A stretch of DNA of 55,665 bases, counting the filler, from Platydemus manokwari (Eukaryota): assembly GCA_037951405.1 (NCBI GenBank). It is 5 parts of 5 records of this genome, joined end to end, with 100 filler letters (N's around TTAATTAATTAA, not from the genome) between each part and the next. Parts side by side here need not be neighbours in the genome. Positions count along the whole stretch, not along the records: positions 1 to 11,958 come from JBBMOY010376666.1; 4 more parts are not named here. The stretch is one strand, 5' to 3'. The position numbers and the translations under genes were made by a program. Of the stretch, positions 1-12,058 are shown piece after piece. Below the pieces are notes generated by a model, which worked only from the letters and a program-made list of their open reading frames with translations, was not told the DNA's origin and did not search any database. The stretch's first letter is position 1. Every line of letters starts with the position of its first letter.

Positions 1-3000
1 GAGGCAGTTTATAGAAATACGAGTTGATATTTATATGAATGAATGAAATAATAATAAATATTTACAGGTAAACATGGGATTGATTTGTATGGATTGGTGG
101 CACATGAAATGTATTGTGTTGAGGTGAGGCCAATAAGTCCAAATGATTTTGGAAATTTTTCGCCTCGAAATGTGTTTTTTACGATGGACAGTAATAAGTT
201 TTCTTATTTTCTTAACAGAATTGATATCAATTATGCTCTTTTTAATATCAAATCAAAAGATTTTATTAAGTGTTAAACACAACACAAAAGTGGTATAATA
301 AATGTTTATAACATCTTTCGATGGTTTTCTTGAATATTTTCATTCGGTCTTTTACATTTTATTATAAATGTCATTAGGTTTACTATGTTTATTGATTTAA
401 CAAAATGTGAAGCAAAACAAATTGAAAATTATGCCAGATTTAAATGAGCATTGAATCTCTATAAACAGATAAGTTGAGCTCTCTTGTGTTTTATGCTTAT
501 AATTTAATCAGCACAGCTAAGTTATTTTAAATTAATAATACAATAAATAAATTGATCTCAATAAAATCAATAAATAATAGCAAATTTTGAATAGAATTAC
601 AATACAGTTAATTAGAATAAACAAGATTTCCAAGTAAATAACCAGGTTAGGATTTTGTTTTAGTTTTCAATTACTTATGGTTCTATTATCATAGAACTCC
701 ATCGATTATATACATCTCTTATGATCTTGTACTTAAGAATAGTCGACAGATTTTATCGGTACTTAGGTCTAATTTGCTACCCTACCAGCCACTACAATAA
801 TATTGTTCTTTAATTTTGAAATTTTAGTTTTTAGTTAGATCCTAGTCAAATAGAATTCTGTGCTAGAACCTATGTAGTGGATGATATATAAAACTTGATT
901 TTAATAATAATAGAAATTACTTGGAATAATGAAATTTTTTTGCACGATTGTGGGTAATTGTAATGAAATAATAATTGTTTTCTCTGATTGTGGATAATCA
1001 CAATGGTTAATAATTCTTCTTAGGATGGTTGTCTGGACATAAACTTTAGGCGAATATGGATTGTTGGTCGAAACTGTTCTTCATAGTGTAACAAAATCGT
1101 TTGTAGAATAAATTAATTTAAACTTACTGAATTCGAAAGTTAGTAGTAACTATTTCGTAATGGACGACTTTATTTTGATTCTGTTCCTCATATACTATTT
1201 TCTAATGTCTTGTTTTATATTTTCCTCTATTATTACAATTTATTAATACTAATTTTGCTAAGTTATTTTCATGGATGCTATATTTAGTAACCCGTTTATT
1301 TAATTCTCTTTTTGAATTTATTTTATTCTATTTTTATTTTTATTTTATTTATTTTTGGCCAAAGATGATTCGTTTTATAATTATTTTGAAAAAAATGTAA
1401 TTATTATTTATTATATTTTTATGATTGTGAAGGGCGCTACCCAACAATGTTTTCAAAATTATTTTATTCATCTTCATTGAAGTTAAGAATTGATAATAAC
1501 CACTTTGAAATTACACGCTTTGTTTTTGTGGTCTTTATTGACTGATGTATTGATGCTTTATCTTTCGTGAGCATTCCTTTGTGTCATATTTACGAGTAAT
1601 TTAATGCTCTTATTGTTCTATAATTGGGTTGGCATTTCATTTATGAGTTGCGATATGGACTCAATTTTACGTTACAGACATGATCTTTAATTCCATCATT
1701 ATTTTTTATTTATTTCTTTAAGATTATGGTGTGTTTTCAAGGGATGGAAGAATGTTTTAACCTTGTACACTATTTGTGAAAGTCTTTCATCAATATCCAT
1801 ATTGTACTTGATTATTTTAAAGGTCCATTGTTTGCTCGTTCCAGTGAAAATAACTCGTGGTAACCCCTTTCCTCACTGTTAGGGCTATCATAGCATGTAT
1901 ATTGAACATTTGGCTATTTCTACCACTGATTAACGAATAAATTGGTTTTCATCATTTCTAGTCATCAACATTTCATTGACGACTGGCATTGAATATTTCA
2001 ATTATCAGAATATTTTGTAGTTCATATTGTCCTTTATATAAAGCCAATCCATCGATAAATTGATGAATAAATCAACTGTGGAAACAATTTTACTTTTATT
2101 ATGAGCATCAATTGATAAATTGTGTACCGAGATCGATTAAAACAAAGTGGAAATGACTAAACGATCGAATTTCTCTCAGAAAATTTGAAGACAAGGGAAA
2201 ATTTTCGAGGATGTTCTTGTTTTAAGACTCCCTAAATAATCCCACACGTATTTGATATTGATCTGAGACTGACATAATCGGTGTTTTTCTCTACAACAAT
2301 AACCCATTTATAAACTATCTTCAATTCGGATTTATCATTCAAACGCTAAACAATTTCTTCTGATGCTTTTCGATGTTCTTTCAACATTTTTTCGACATTT
2401 CCGAATCTTAGTTTCTATGACTACGCTATTTCCATAAACTTTAAAATATGAGTTGAATTTTTACAAATCTAGCTAATATATTTTGATTTGTTTACCTTTT
2501 ATTTCTAAACATTTTAATGGATCATCCAGTGGCTACGAGAATTGCTTTTTGTTTAGCGTTGTTTAAAAATTGTAGCCCGTTTTTGTTTAGAATATCCGAA
2601 AATAGAGAATTTCATTGTCAGTGATTATCTTAATCAAGTGGATATTTCTTGGAAAATCAACTCACAAAAATCAATACCAAGTACATCATATCGAGTTATA
2701 ATCAAGAATCGAGAATACAAATGTATTTACCAAGTATTATTGGAGTGTGAAGATTGTCAATACAATTCGATGAAAGTAATTCGATTGTTTTACATGATAT
2801 CAGCATTTCAATTTCACAAATATTCAGGATCATCTGAATAAGTCAGAATTGATAAAATATCAATCGATGGAGAATTGTCCAATGATTGAAACAAAAACGT
2901 ACCTTAAAGCAAAATCACAATTCTTCATTGAAATCTCTAAATTTCATTCCAATCACACAAATAAAATGATCGCTTCCATTTCTATCTATGCTACTAATTC

Positions 3001-4116
3001 AATCGGTCTCCATCTGATCTTGAAACGAGAATTCTCTTCCTTTCATACAGATAAGAGTTATATTTCGAAAATAATTCAAATAAATTATCTCTCTTCACAG
3101 ATTTGTATTTCTATTTTTATCTAATAAGTGATGGAATTATTGTGCTGTTAATAATTATTGTTGGTCTACTGGGTTTTCAAAAGCTTTATTCGTTAAAAGC
3201 ATCAATGCAAGTTTTATGAATCTCAATTTAGATTGACTATCAGTGTTTTTTAGAAGATCGGAAATTCGTATTCGTGTTGCTAAAGTCCAGTAACTTACAT
3301 GGCATTGTGGATTGATTAATAATATTTCTGTTTTAGAGAATCTAATAATGGAATACGTCCTCAAAACAGGTATTGATTTGTTATTTTTATTTTTTTGATG
3401 AATTTTTAATGATTTTTATTAATCGACGGGTAGAATTGAAATGAAATAATTGAATAGATAGTTTGAATTCCGACAGAATTTTATGAGGCATGAATATTTT
3501 CGTACCAAATGTGCTTTGTCCCTTTGAAACCCAAAATAACATAAGAGAATAACTTAACTTCAACTTTAGTCAATTTATGTTTTGATATCACTAAGTATCG
3601 ACAGTCATTGAGGAATCAATAATATTTGTGCTCTTAGCTCAATTCTGATTGGCCATTTTGGTTCTTAATGTGTTTGTGTATGAATCTCAGTGTGCTAAAA
3701 CTCCTACATGATCATAATTATTTGACCTATCTCTTTGCACTCTCGATTGAATAGTGGAACTAAAATATCATTACAAGATGAATATGTGACTGACTGATAA
3801 GTGATGGTGGGGTTGAGTGAAGTTCCCGTTTGTTCGAATCAATCAAAGTATAAATTATCCAACAGTAATTCGAGATATTATCTAACAACTGCCGTTTTAA
3901 ATCAAAAATAGGACTTTTTTTGTAAACATTATTTTTTACTTGATCGAAATATTAATCACCGAGAACAAGAATATTCCGGATAAATATGGAGAATTTTTTA
4001 TATTCGTTTATTTATTATTTAAAAGAAACAAACCACAGAATTTATTAATTATTTATTTGACTTTTACATTTTCTTTAGAATTTTATCAAAGACTACATTT
4101 TGGTCAGTTTCAGACT

Positions 4117-5664
4117 TCATGATCGACGATTAAAATTGAAATTATTTACAGCAGAAAACCGTATGAAACCATCATTTGCAATAAGAAATTCTTTGTATTG
4201 CTTCTCCGTTATTTCTTCGGTAAATCCCACAAAGTATTTTTGAATAATACTTGTAAAAAATAAGAACAGTTCCATTCTTGCTAGAGATTCACCAAGACAT
4301 TGTCGCTTTCCCATACTGAATGGATTCAATTCTTCCCTAGGATTATATTTCACTTGTCCATCAACGCATTTTTGAAGAAAATGTTCTGGATAAAATTTGT
4401 CCGGATGCTCCCATGTTTTCATATCAAAATGACAAGCGAATAAATTTGGAATTAAACACGAATTTTTCGGAACAAAATATCCATTGATATTACAATCATT
4501 GAAATTTCTATGAATTACAGACACTGGTACAGCTGTACTCCATCTCAATATCTCATCTATTACTGCTTGTGTATAATTGAGAGACTTTTTATCATTCATT
4601 GTTGGTAATCTTTCTTCTCCAATTTGTTCTATTATTTCTTTGTAAACTTTATCCTGTATTTCTGGATATTTAGCCATAAATAAGAAACTCCAACTGAGAG
4701 TTGTCGAAGTCGTTTCATAACCTGCAATGAAAAGTTCAAATGAATTACGAATCAACTGCCAATCGGTAAATGTATCCACTGATCCAGTTTTATCTTTCAT
4801 TCGTTTCTGCTCAATCAGAAATTTATCTATTAGATCTTCGCCTTCGGAACTGAAATCCAAAGCGCATTGATGTTCTTTTATTTCTTGCCTGAAAATCTCG
4901 TACACTTCATCAAATATATGATATCTGAAAAATTTCAGCACGAAACCAATTTTATCGAGTAAAGGAATCATTAGATGAACACCTTGAACAACATCCTTTT
5001 TCTTCGCACTTTCTGAAATGATTCTTGCTATTAATGTTAATTTTGGATCTCCTTTAGAAAATCGTTTGTTCATTATGAATTTCGATATAATATTAGCTGT
5101 AGAAATCGGAATTAGATTTGCAAAATCGACTGATTTTCCATCACTTTTCTCCAATTCATCTAGCAAATGAATGCATTCATTTTGAACAATTGTCTCCGAT
5201 TTTGATTTTCCCAATCCGAAATCGCGAAGTACTTTTAAAACAAATGATCGCTGTTTTGACCATTTATCACCATCTTGGAAAATTATTCCAGAACTATGTG
5301 TAATCTCATCGAATCCTTTCATTTTCATTCGACCAGAAAAATTGTCTCCATTTTCTTTCAATGATTTCTTGATTACATCGAAATTATTGAGCACAACGAA
5401 TTCTCTCAGCCCAAAATTTATTTTAAAGATCGGCCCATAGACTTTTCCAGTTTCCAATAGAAAATGATGTAAAGTAGGTTTTATGAGATGCAGAATACCG
5501 ATTATTGGTAATCCTTTCACTACCGGTATTTGCTTTAGTCCTGCTGGTATTCTGTCAGTTTTTTTCAAGAATAAATAAAGGAAATAAATAAAACATAGGG
5601 TCGGAATTACAATTACGATGAATATCATCATGGTAGCTGAAAAATTAGAATACAAATATGACAT
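4117..5664 (-). CDS. Cytochrome P450, CYP2 clan (intronless, ~515 aa)
   Basis: Single ORF with N-terminal TM anchor, Pro-rich hinge (IPVVKGLPIIG), C-helix WSKQR, I-helix AGYETTSTT, K-helix EILR, PEHF (PERF) and heme motif FSMGKRQCLG. First ATG is at 5664; the track start at 5679 is a GTG with an in-frame TAG three codons upstream. Confidence 0.95.
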   Translation of the reverse strand: MSYLYSNFSATMMIFIVIVIPTLCFIYFLYLFLKKTDRIPAGLKQIPVVKGLPIIGILHLIKPTLHHFLLETGKVYGPIFKINFGLREFVVLNNFDVIKKSLKENGDNFSGRMKMKGFDEITHSSGIIFQDGDKWSKQRSFVLKVLRDFGLGKSKSETIVQNECIHLLDELEKSDGKSVDFANLIPISTANIISKFIMNKRFSKGDPKLTLIARIISESAKKKDVVQGVHLMIPLLDKIGFVLKFFRYHIFDEVYEIFRQEIKEHQCALDFSSEGEDLIDKFLIEQKRMKDKTGSVDTFTDWQLIRNSFELFIAGYETTSTTLSWSFLFMAKYPEIQDKVYKEIIEQIGEERLPTMNDKKSLNYTQAVIDEILRWSTAVPVSVIHRNFNDCNINGYFVPKNSCLIPNLFACHFDMKTWEHPDKFYPEHFLQKCVDGQVKYNPREELNPFSMGKRQCLGESLARMELFLFFTSIIQKYFVGFTEEITEKQYKEFLIANDGFIRFSAVNNFNFNRRS

Positions 5665-5739
5665 ATATATTACACACACAAAATGCTACACTTGATTTTG
5701 AATGAGTGTTTGTGTGTTATCAGTAAACAAGTTATCTGT

Positions 5740-5964
5740 AAGAATACCAATTATTGGTAATCATTTCACTATCAGTATTTTCTTTAATCCTGTTGGTTTT
5801 CTGACAACTTTTTTCGAGAACAAATAGAGAAAATAAATAATACAGAGATTTAAAATAACACTTATGATGAATATTGTCGAAATCTTTTATGAATCAGTAC
5901 ACAAATATAACAGACAGATTCCAATGACCATAACACACTTCACTTTTAATAAGAATATGTGCAT
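5740..5964 (-). pseudogene. Truncated, decayed duplicate of the CYP 5' end (TM anchor + hinge)
   Basis: Translates MHIFLLKVKCVMVIGICLLYLCTDS*KISTIFIISVILNLCIIYFLYLFSKKVVRKPTGLKKILIVK*LPIIGIL. This aligns to the CYP N-terminus IFIVIVIPTLCFIYFLYLFLKKTDRIPAGLKQIPVVKGLPIIGIL, with two stops, and ends after the hinge. Confidence 0.85.
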
Positions 5965-7301
5965 TATCAACAAGCCAATTTCTAAAGTTCAAAATTATCA
6001 TTTGACTTATTAATTTATGTGGTAAGTTTGTTTAAGGACAATCAAACATCGTTGCCATGCAATTATTTTATTTTTTCAAAGCTTTTTAATATTTGCAAAT
6101 TTAGTAAATTCATGAGATTTATTATATATTTTTACTAGTATGAGTTCAACAAGGACTTGCTCTGTCAACTCAACACAGTCAATCTTAAAACTGTTTAATA
6201 CAGACCTACATAGACAGCTTAGACCAGCATGGAAATTTTGAGACAATACTTGCAAAGCTGAAATAACTTAAAGGTAAAAACCACAGAGAGATGCTCAATA
6301 ATCCAATTGCCAACCTTTAAATGAAAATTCGGCTATATTAGTAAACCATGTTGAGCCCATGTAAACATGGTGAGTTATCTAAAAAAGTTCAGGAGAGGCA
6401 GAGGAGTATCTTCGAAAACTGAAACATGGATGTTCTCTATTTGGCCATATAAACAATAAATTCTCACTAAATCTTACTGGCATTTGATGTTATATATATT
6501 TACAATAACAGTATTTAATGATCATTGTTTTATTATCTTTATGGTTTGGTATTTTGGTACAAACTTAGACTATTAATTTTTATTGTTGAAATAGTTATTA
6601 AAATGATAAATAACACGAAAATGATAAATTTATATGACACATCGACTCATTAAACTATTGATAGCGGTCTCTAAAGCACATATTCTGCCTGTAACTCCTC
6701 TTAGATGATTTCATTCTATTTTTTATCTTATTATAATTGTGTGCAGTATGACTAACATAATATTTATTATTATCGACAATAATTTAAAAAATTATTCTGA
6801 AATAAGTGTTCATTTGTTGAAGTTCAGTCTCATATTCAATTTGAAAGTGAAAGAAGAGTTCTCTTGCTTAAAAAATAATGGAACCCTCAGACTTGAACAA
6901 CCTGGACTTAACTGTTATACAATCCAACATGTATTATATGAACATTAATTCAGTTTCAGAAATTTTATTTTTATTTATGTTGATCTTTTAAATAAAATGA
7001 TAGGTGCATAGCATTGATATTCATTTATGAATTCGGCTACAGTTAAAAAAGGATTCTAAAATAAAAATTTTTAATTTGTGGAGTGTATTGCAAAAATCTA
7101 TATACTCTATTTAATTATATTCTTTCAAAACATTTTGAATTCCTTATTTAAGAGTTTGAGAAGAATTTTGGTTGTTTATAATTAAATATTATATACACAG
7201 AAGTTTTGAAATCTATTAAAAAATATTTATTTGAAAAACGGGTCAAAGTAGGTCGAAATGCAATTTATTGAAAATTAGTTAGGAGCACATTTTTTAACAT
7301 T

Positions 7302-7475
7302 AGAAGCAAATGGAACGATATCTAAGATTTTTATAGTTGTTTTATAAAAAAGTGGCATGGAAATCATGGAACTAGGTACTTAAGTGTATTAATATCTATT
7401 TAAAAGATTGGATACATAGGTCCAACATCTGTCGATGCCCTAATGTAATGAAGATTTCATCAGAATCAAATAAAA
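7302..7475 (+). repeat. Dispersed repeat, copy 1 (second copy at 35139-35348)
   Basis: Shared blocks gaagcaa.tggaa.gatatctaagattttta.agtt.ttttataaaaaagtg, gattggat.catag.tcc.a.a.ctgtcgatg and aatgaagat.t.atc..aatcaaataaa. Confidence 0.8.
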
Positions 7476-7489
7476 TATGTATTAGCAAA

Positions 7490-7950
7490 TGGTGACAATA
7501 TCTCGAAAAACACTGAATTCACGGGGCTCAAAATTCAGCAACAATTACTTCCACTACTCTACACAAACTCGGAAGAATCGACTTAACTACCTCACTCATG
7601 AAATACTGCATCCAGACCACTGTAGTGCCTCCAGATTTCTAACAAGTCCGGACCATCAATTCAGATCATTCATCATATAACATCTAACTAATCTGATCAA
7701 GTACAGATTCAACAAAGTCGCCTACTTATCAAATCCACTCTTCTGGATATCAAGACAAATTGCATCTGAGAAAAATATCAACTTCCACCATCTGGTGGAC
7801 CTAGACCAGATTAGTTGCCAGAAAACTCAGGAAGCTTCAAATTGATTGTGAATTCAATAATCACAATGATCAAATCCAACAAAAATTCATTGGCTTGCGG
7901 GATAAGACATACTTTTCTCAGGAGACAACCGTGGCAAAGTCTCAGATGTT
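7490..7950 (+). mobile_element. Degenerate Gypsy/Mag-type LTR retrotransposon gag remnant
   Basis: Frameshifted translation DLDQI/VARKLRKLQIDCEFNNHNDQIQQKFIGLRDK resembles the gag pattern (F)xxRLRxLxxxCEF...DQI..GLxD; an upstream block reads FSNNYF...RLNYLTH. Confidence 0.45.
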
Positions 7951-10605
7951 CTAAACAATTTGGAGTCCATGTCAAAATGTTGTTCAGTTCAGTTTATAGT
8001 ATTCACCAAATAAAAATTCATGAATTGGAACTAGAAGAGAAATTTACTAAAAGAAACTAGCAAAGATTCTTATCAAAACCAACCGACGAAGGAGATTTCG
8101 AGAGTGAATAAATTTCTTCATTTTATATAACAGCACAGACTTTAACTACCGTAGATTTAATTAAATAAATAATTAATTTAATTAATCTTTTATTAACGGT
8201 CCCCTTCATTTGGTTTTTCGAAACACCGCAATCTACTTGAGAAGTGTGTTCCTCTTTTTGACAACTTTTGTTGTTCTTTTATATGTTTTCAATTTACGAT
8301 TACCTAAATAAATCTTTTTAATACTAAATTTGTTAATATCACTTTCTACATATATCAAATAATAGTATATACATATATCGATTGATTTCCGTGGACCTTT
8401 AGTACAAATCAAATTTATTGCAGTAAGATAAACAATCCCTGCTGCAACAGTCAATTTATATAGTTTTAATTTAAATTTTTAAAAATTTCAACCAAAGTAA
8501 AACCAAAATTAAATTTTTTCAACATAAAATTTTTTTAAATCTGTTTAATCGCATCAATTGTTTCACTGACCACAAGATCAGAGCAAAATACAACCAAAAT
8601 CTAAAAATATAATAACGTTATGTCCAAAATAGAACAATAACAACAAAAGTTACTATAAATAACTATGTTGACTAAAAATAGTAACTAACACTTTAGAGAT
8701 ACCAGAAATAGTAAAACATTATGCTAATCATAGAATGTTAATAAAAATAGCGATAAGACGCATGAAACACATGGAATTAAGTGAAAACGTATGAGTGAGT
8801 GACATCAGTCACTATACGCAAAAAATGTCAAGCGCAAATTTTGATCAACACAGTATTCCAATAAATTGGCACAATATTATTTGAACGAATTTATTATTAT
8901 TTCCTTATTCGTTTACAGTGTGTATTTCATTTAATATTTCAATTATAAGGAAGATTTCAACAATTTCATGATGAGAACATTTTTGTTGTTGTTATAATTA
9001 TCAACCACGGATATTTCAAGTCTTTCGGTCTTTACAAACCTCATAATCGACTCTCTCTCATTTGTTTCCCACTTTAATTTCTATAAATGCCCTTGTCTGA
9101 ATACCTAAGCGGCACGTCATTGATTTTTCTCTTGAGTTTACCACATTCATACAATATTTTTATATATTATCTGCTAGTTATCATAAAATTTTATCCAAAT
9201 TAATAAAATATATTTTATTGTTATGTATTGTTAATTTTTTAATTTATTATTTGATTTTATTGATGTGTTTCGGGCTTGCACTATTTGTTTAATTTATCAA
9301 TCTCAATATTTTATAATTTAACACTGTCGATCAATGCCGTCTTGATCAGTCTCGATAAGTTCTGATCAAGCTCAAGGTACAATCTATAAAAACTTAAACT
9401 ATAATTTGTTGTCTTCATCTCGCGATCTATACTATATGATGATGGTAGGATCGGCAGCAATGATCCAAATATTATTTCTTCAATCAGTCTCAAGTTAAAT
9501 GATTTTACAACTATATTATATGCTTTATCAAATCAACAACTACTGAATACAGTAAGGTTTATTTTTTATGCAAAATAACAGCAAATATAAAATTACAAAT
9601 TTTGCTATGTTATAATTACAATATACGACAAATAAAATACACTTAAATGATGTCCCTACAATTCTGGCAATAAGCAACGGTTGCAAACTTCAACTCAAGA
9701 AGCTAAACCAATACTCGGTAGAGGTTTTTGTGAGATAAAACTCTATAATATGACAATATGATATGATTTTTATGAATAAGTATCTGTACAAACTCTTTCG
9801 ACTTTGTACGATACTCATATAATTAAGTGCAAAAATTACCGATTGCATCCCGATTTAAATTTGATGAGACTTGAACGCTTGATATATATAAAGATTCCAA
9901 CGTACGAACACAGTGAGGCTTTGATGAATATGATTTTCCGCAATAAATCCACGGAAAAATTATCCAATTTACGACTGCGGTGATGAATAATTTGTTGAGG
10001 CAAAAATTCTGTAGAAATTTTTAATCCCAGTCAATGATGTATTGAGGCAAGAAATTTTGTGGCAAATCGTCTAAGGCGCCCACTATTTTATAGAAATTTT
10101 TAATGTGGGCGTGCGCGGGATTTGATGATGAAATTTTTCGAATTTGGTGTTGCCATAGTGATATATAAAATCACCATGGTGATGTTTATTTCAATATTAT
10201 TATTGTTGTTGTTACCATTGTGACGTATTAATTCACTATGGTAATGTATCATGATTTTAATTATTATTTTAATTAATATTATTTTTTCCCATGATGTGAG
10301 CTGGTGTGGGAGTACGTGGGCAGCATGATTATATTATTATAGATTATATTATTTTATTTTATGTTTATAATTTTGGTTCCCAACAATATTATAAATAAAA
10401 TCTGAGTTTCATTGAAATAGCTCAATGAACCCGTCAACAATTTCTACCATTTAATCGATACATTTTATAGCAAATGAAAATTATCAGCAAAAATGAAAAT
10501 AAAAAAATTACTATATATATCAAAATATAAACTATCAATGACACACATAAGTTGTCAAAATTATTGTTAAAATTGCACAACGTAAACTGTCGAAATCATC
10601 GTCAT

Positions 10606-10827
10606 TGTAAGCCGCTACTGTTTTATAAAAAACGCATCGAAAACGAACTGAAAAGACTCGAGATTTTATTCTGTTTAAAAGACAATTATTTAAACAAATA
10701 AAGAAAATTTAATACCAAATTAAATTCAATATAAATTTAATTTAAAATCAAATTCAATACAACATTAAATTCAATATAAATTAAGTTCTATACTAATTCA
10801 AATTGAATTCAATTTGATATTCTCACA
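10606..10827 (+). repeat. ~220 bp TG...CA dispersed element (solo-LTR/TRIM-like), copy 1
   Basis: Starts tgtaagccgctac, ends tctcaca, with an internal aaattaaattcaat-type tandem. Related copies at 13244-13418 (-) and 32971-33190 (+). No TSD seen. Confidence 0.7.
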
Positions 10828-11896
10828 AATAATAAAATAATAATAATAGAAATTTTTAAAAAACATCTGGGGGTATACCCCAGCCGACCATATAGTGATA
10901 ATATACAATGTTTATATAATGATAAGAATAATATAATAATAGCATATAATTACAGAGAATGGCGCTAAATTTTGATTCCTTTGTTAGGTTTCGGGCTTAT
11001 TAGTCTTCCCAACACAAGTGAATTCGATGAGGCTAGCTTGGCATAAATTTAACCTAACCCTCTCGACTATCAGTTGTTTATTATATAAACTTGTAGTGAA
11101 CAACTAATTATTATATAAACTATGATGATTCAAAATAAATTATTAAATAATAAATCAAAAACAAAGACGATTTAATAAGAATAATCCTCTATTGAAACTA
11201 CTACAATTATAAAAGTTTTCTTGATGTAATACAAAAACAATTAGAAACAATAAATTTATTTTAATTAATAAACCGGGACAACGCTCAATTTATTTATTGT
11301 CAAACAAACAAAATTTTGACTCTCACAGGTTATGATTTGGGAATGGTTGATTCGAATTTGACGAAACAACCTTGTAAATACGTATTTTAATTTTATAGAT
11401 TTTAAAATATAAACTTCAGTTCGGATTTTTTACACTTCGCATCTTGCTATTGACACCTTGTTTATGCAATATCCAGAATTGCCACATTGTCCGAGTTTCT
11501 TTCTGTGAAGTTTTCTCAGTCGATTAACTCTTCTTGTAGAAAATAATATCGTTGGCAGTTTTTCGTAAACTTGTCTTCAAGATTTTAACTTTTCAAGTCA
11601 AGATTTTAATGAGCGAAATGTTATGATTTTTTGTGCCAATTTATACAATTTTGGAAGTGGGAAATCTGATTTAGAAATTAAAAATATTTTTTTTTTCCAC
11701 TCTGAAATTAAAATTATTTTATTTTTAGAAAATTTAATTATATTTATTTTACTAAATTTGTTTATTAAATTCTATTATTTTTAGATTATTGAGACATTTT
11801 CAGAAATTCCAAAGAATTAATTCTGGAATTTTTTATATTATTATTTTTTTTTATTAAAACAATTTTTAAGTTTCACATCAGTTAATTTTTATTTCC

Positions 11897-11897
<1 letters not shown>

Positions 11898-11958
<61 letters not shown>
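11898..11958. repeat. (TTA)n microsatellite abutting a gap
   Basis: About 20 perfect trinucleotide units. Confidence 0.97.
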
Positions 11959-12058
11959 NNNNNNNNNNNNNNNNNNNNNNNNNNNNNNNNNNNNNNNNNN
12001 NNTTAATTAATTAANNNNNNNNNNNNNNNNNNNNNNNNNNNNNNNNNNNNNNNNNNNN
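11959..12058. other. Artificial contig linker (44 N + TTAATTAATTAA + 44 N)
   Basis: Identical 100-nt construct occurs four times in the window; the 12-mer gives stops in all six frames. Confidence 0.97.

Noticed and set aside
1400-2100. Possible transposase or integrase remnant (GLPRVIF, SIYRWI)
   Set aside because: Only two short, mutually inconsistent motifs; cannot be supported.
11330-11670. Continuation of L beyond the gap, or a piggyBac Cys-rich tail
   Set aside because: No L domain IV-VI motifs seen, it lies across an artificial join, and the Cys pattern is incomplete.
12003-12014. Palindromic TTAATTAATTAA recurring four times (also 25655, 35083, 46509)
   Set aside because: Always centred in 44+44 N; an artificial six-frame-stop contig linker. 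Adjacency across these joins is not trustworthy.
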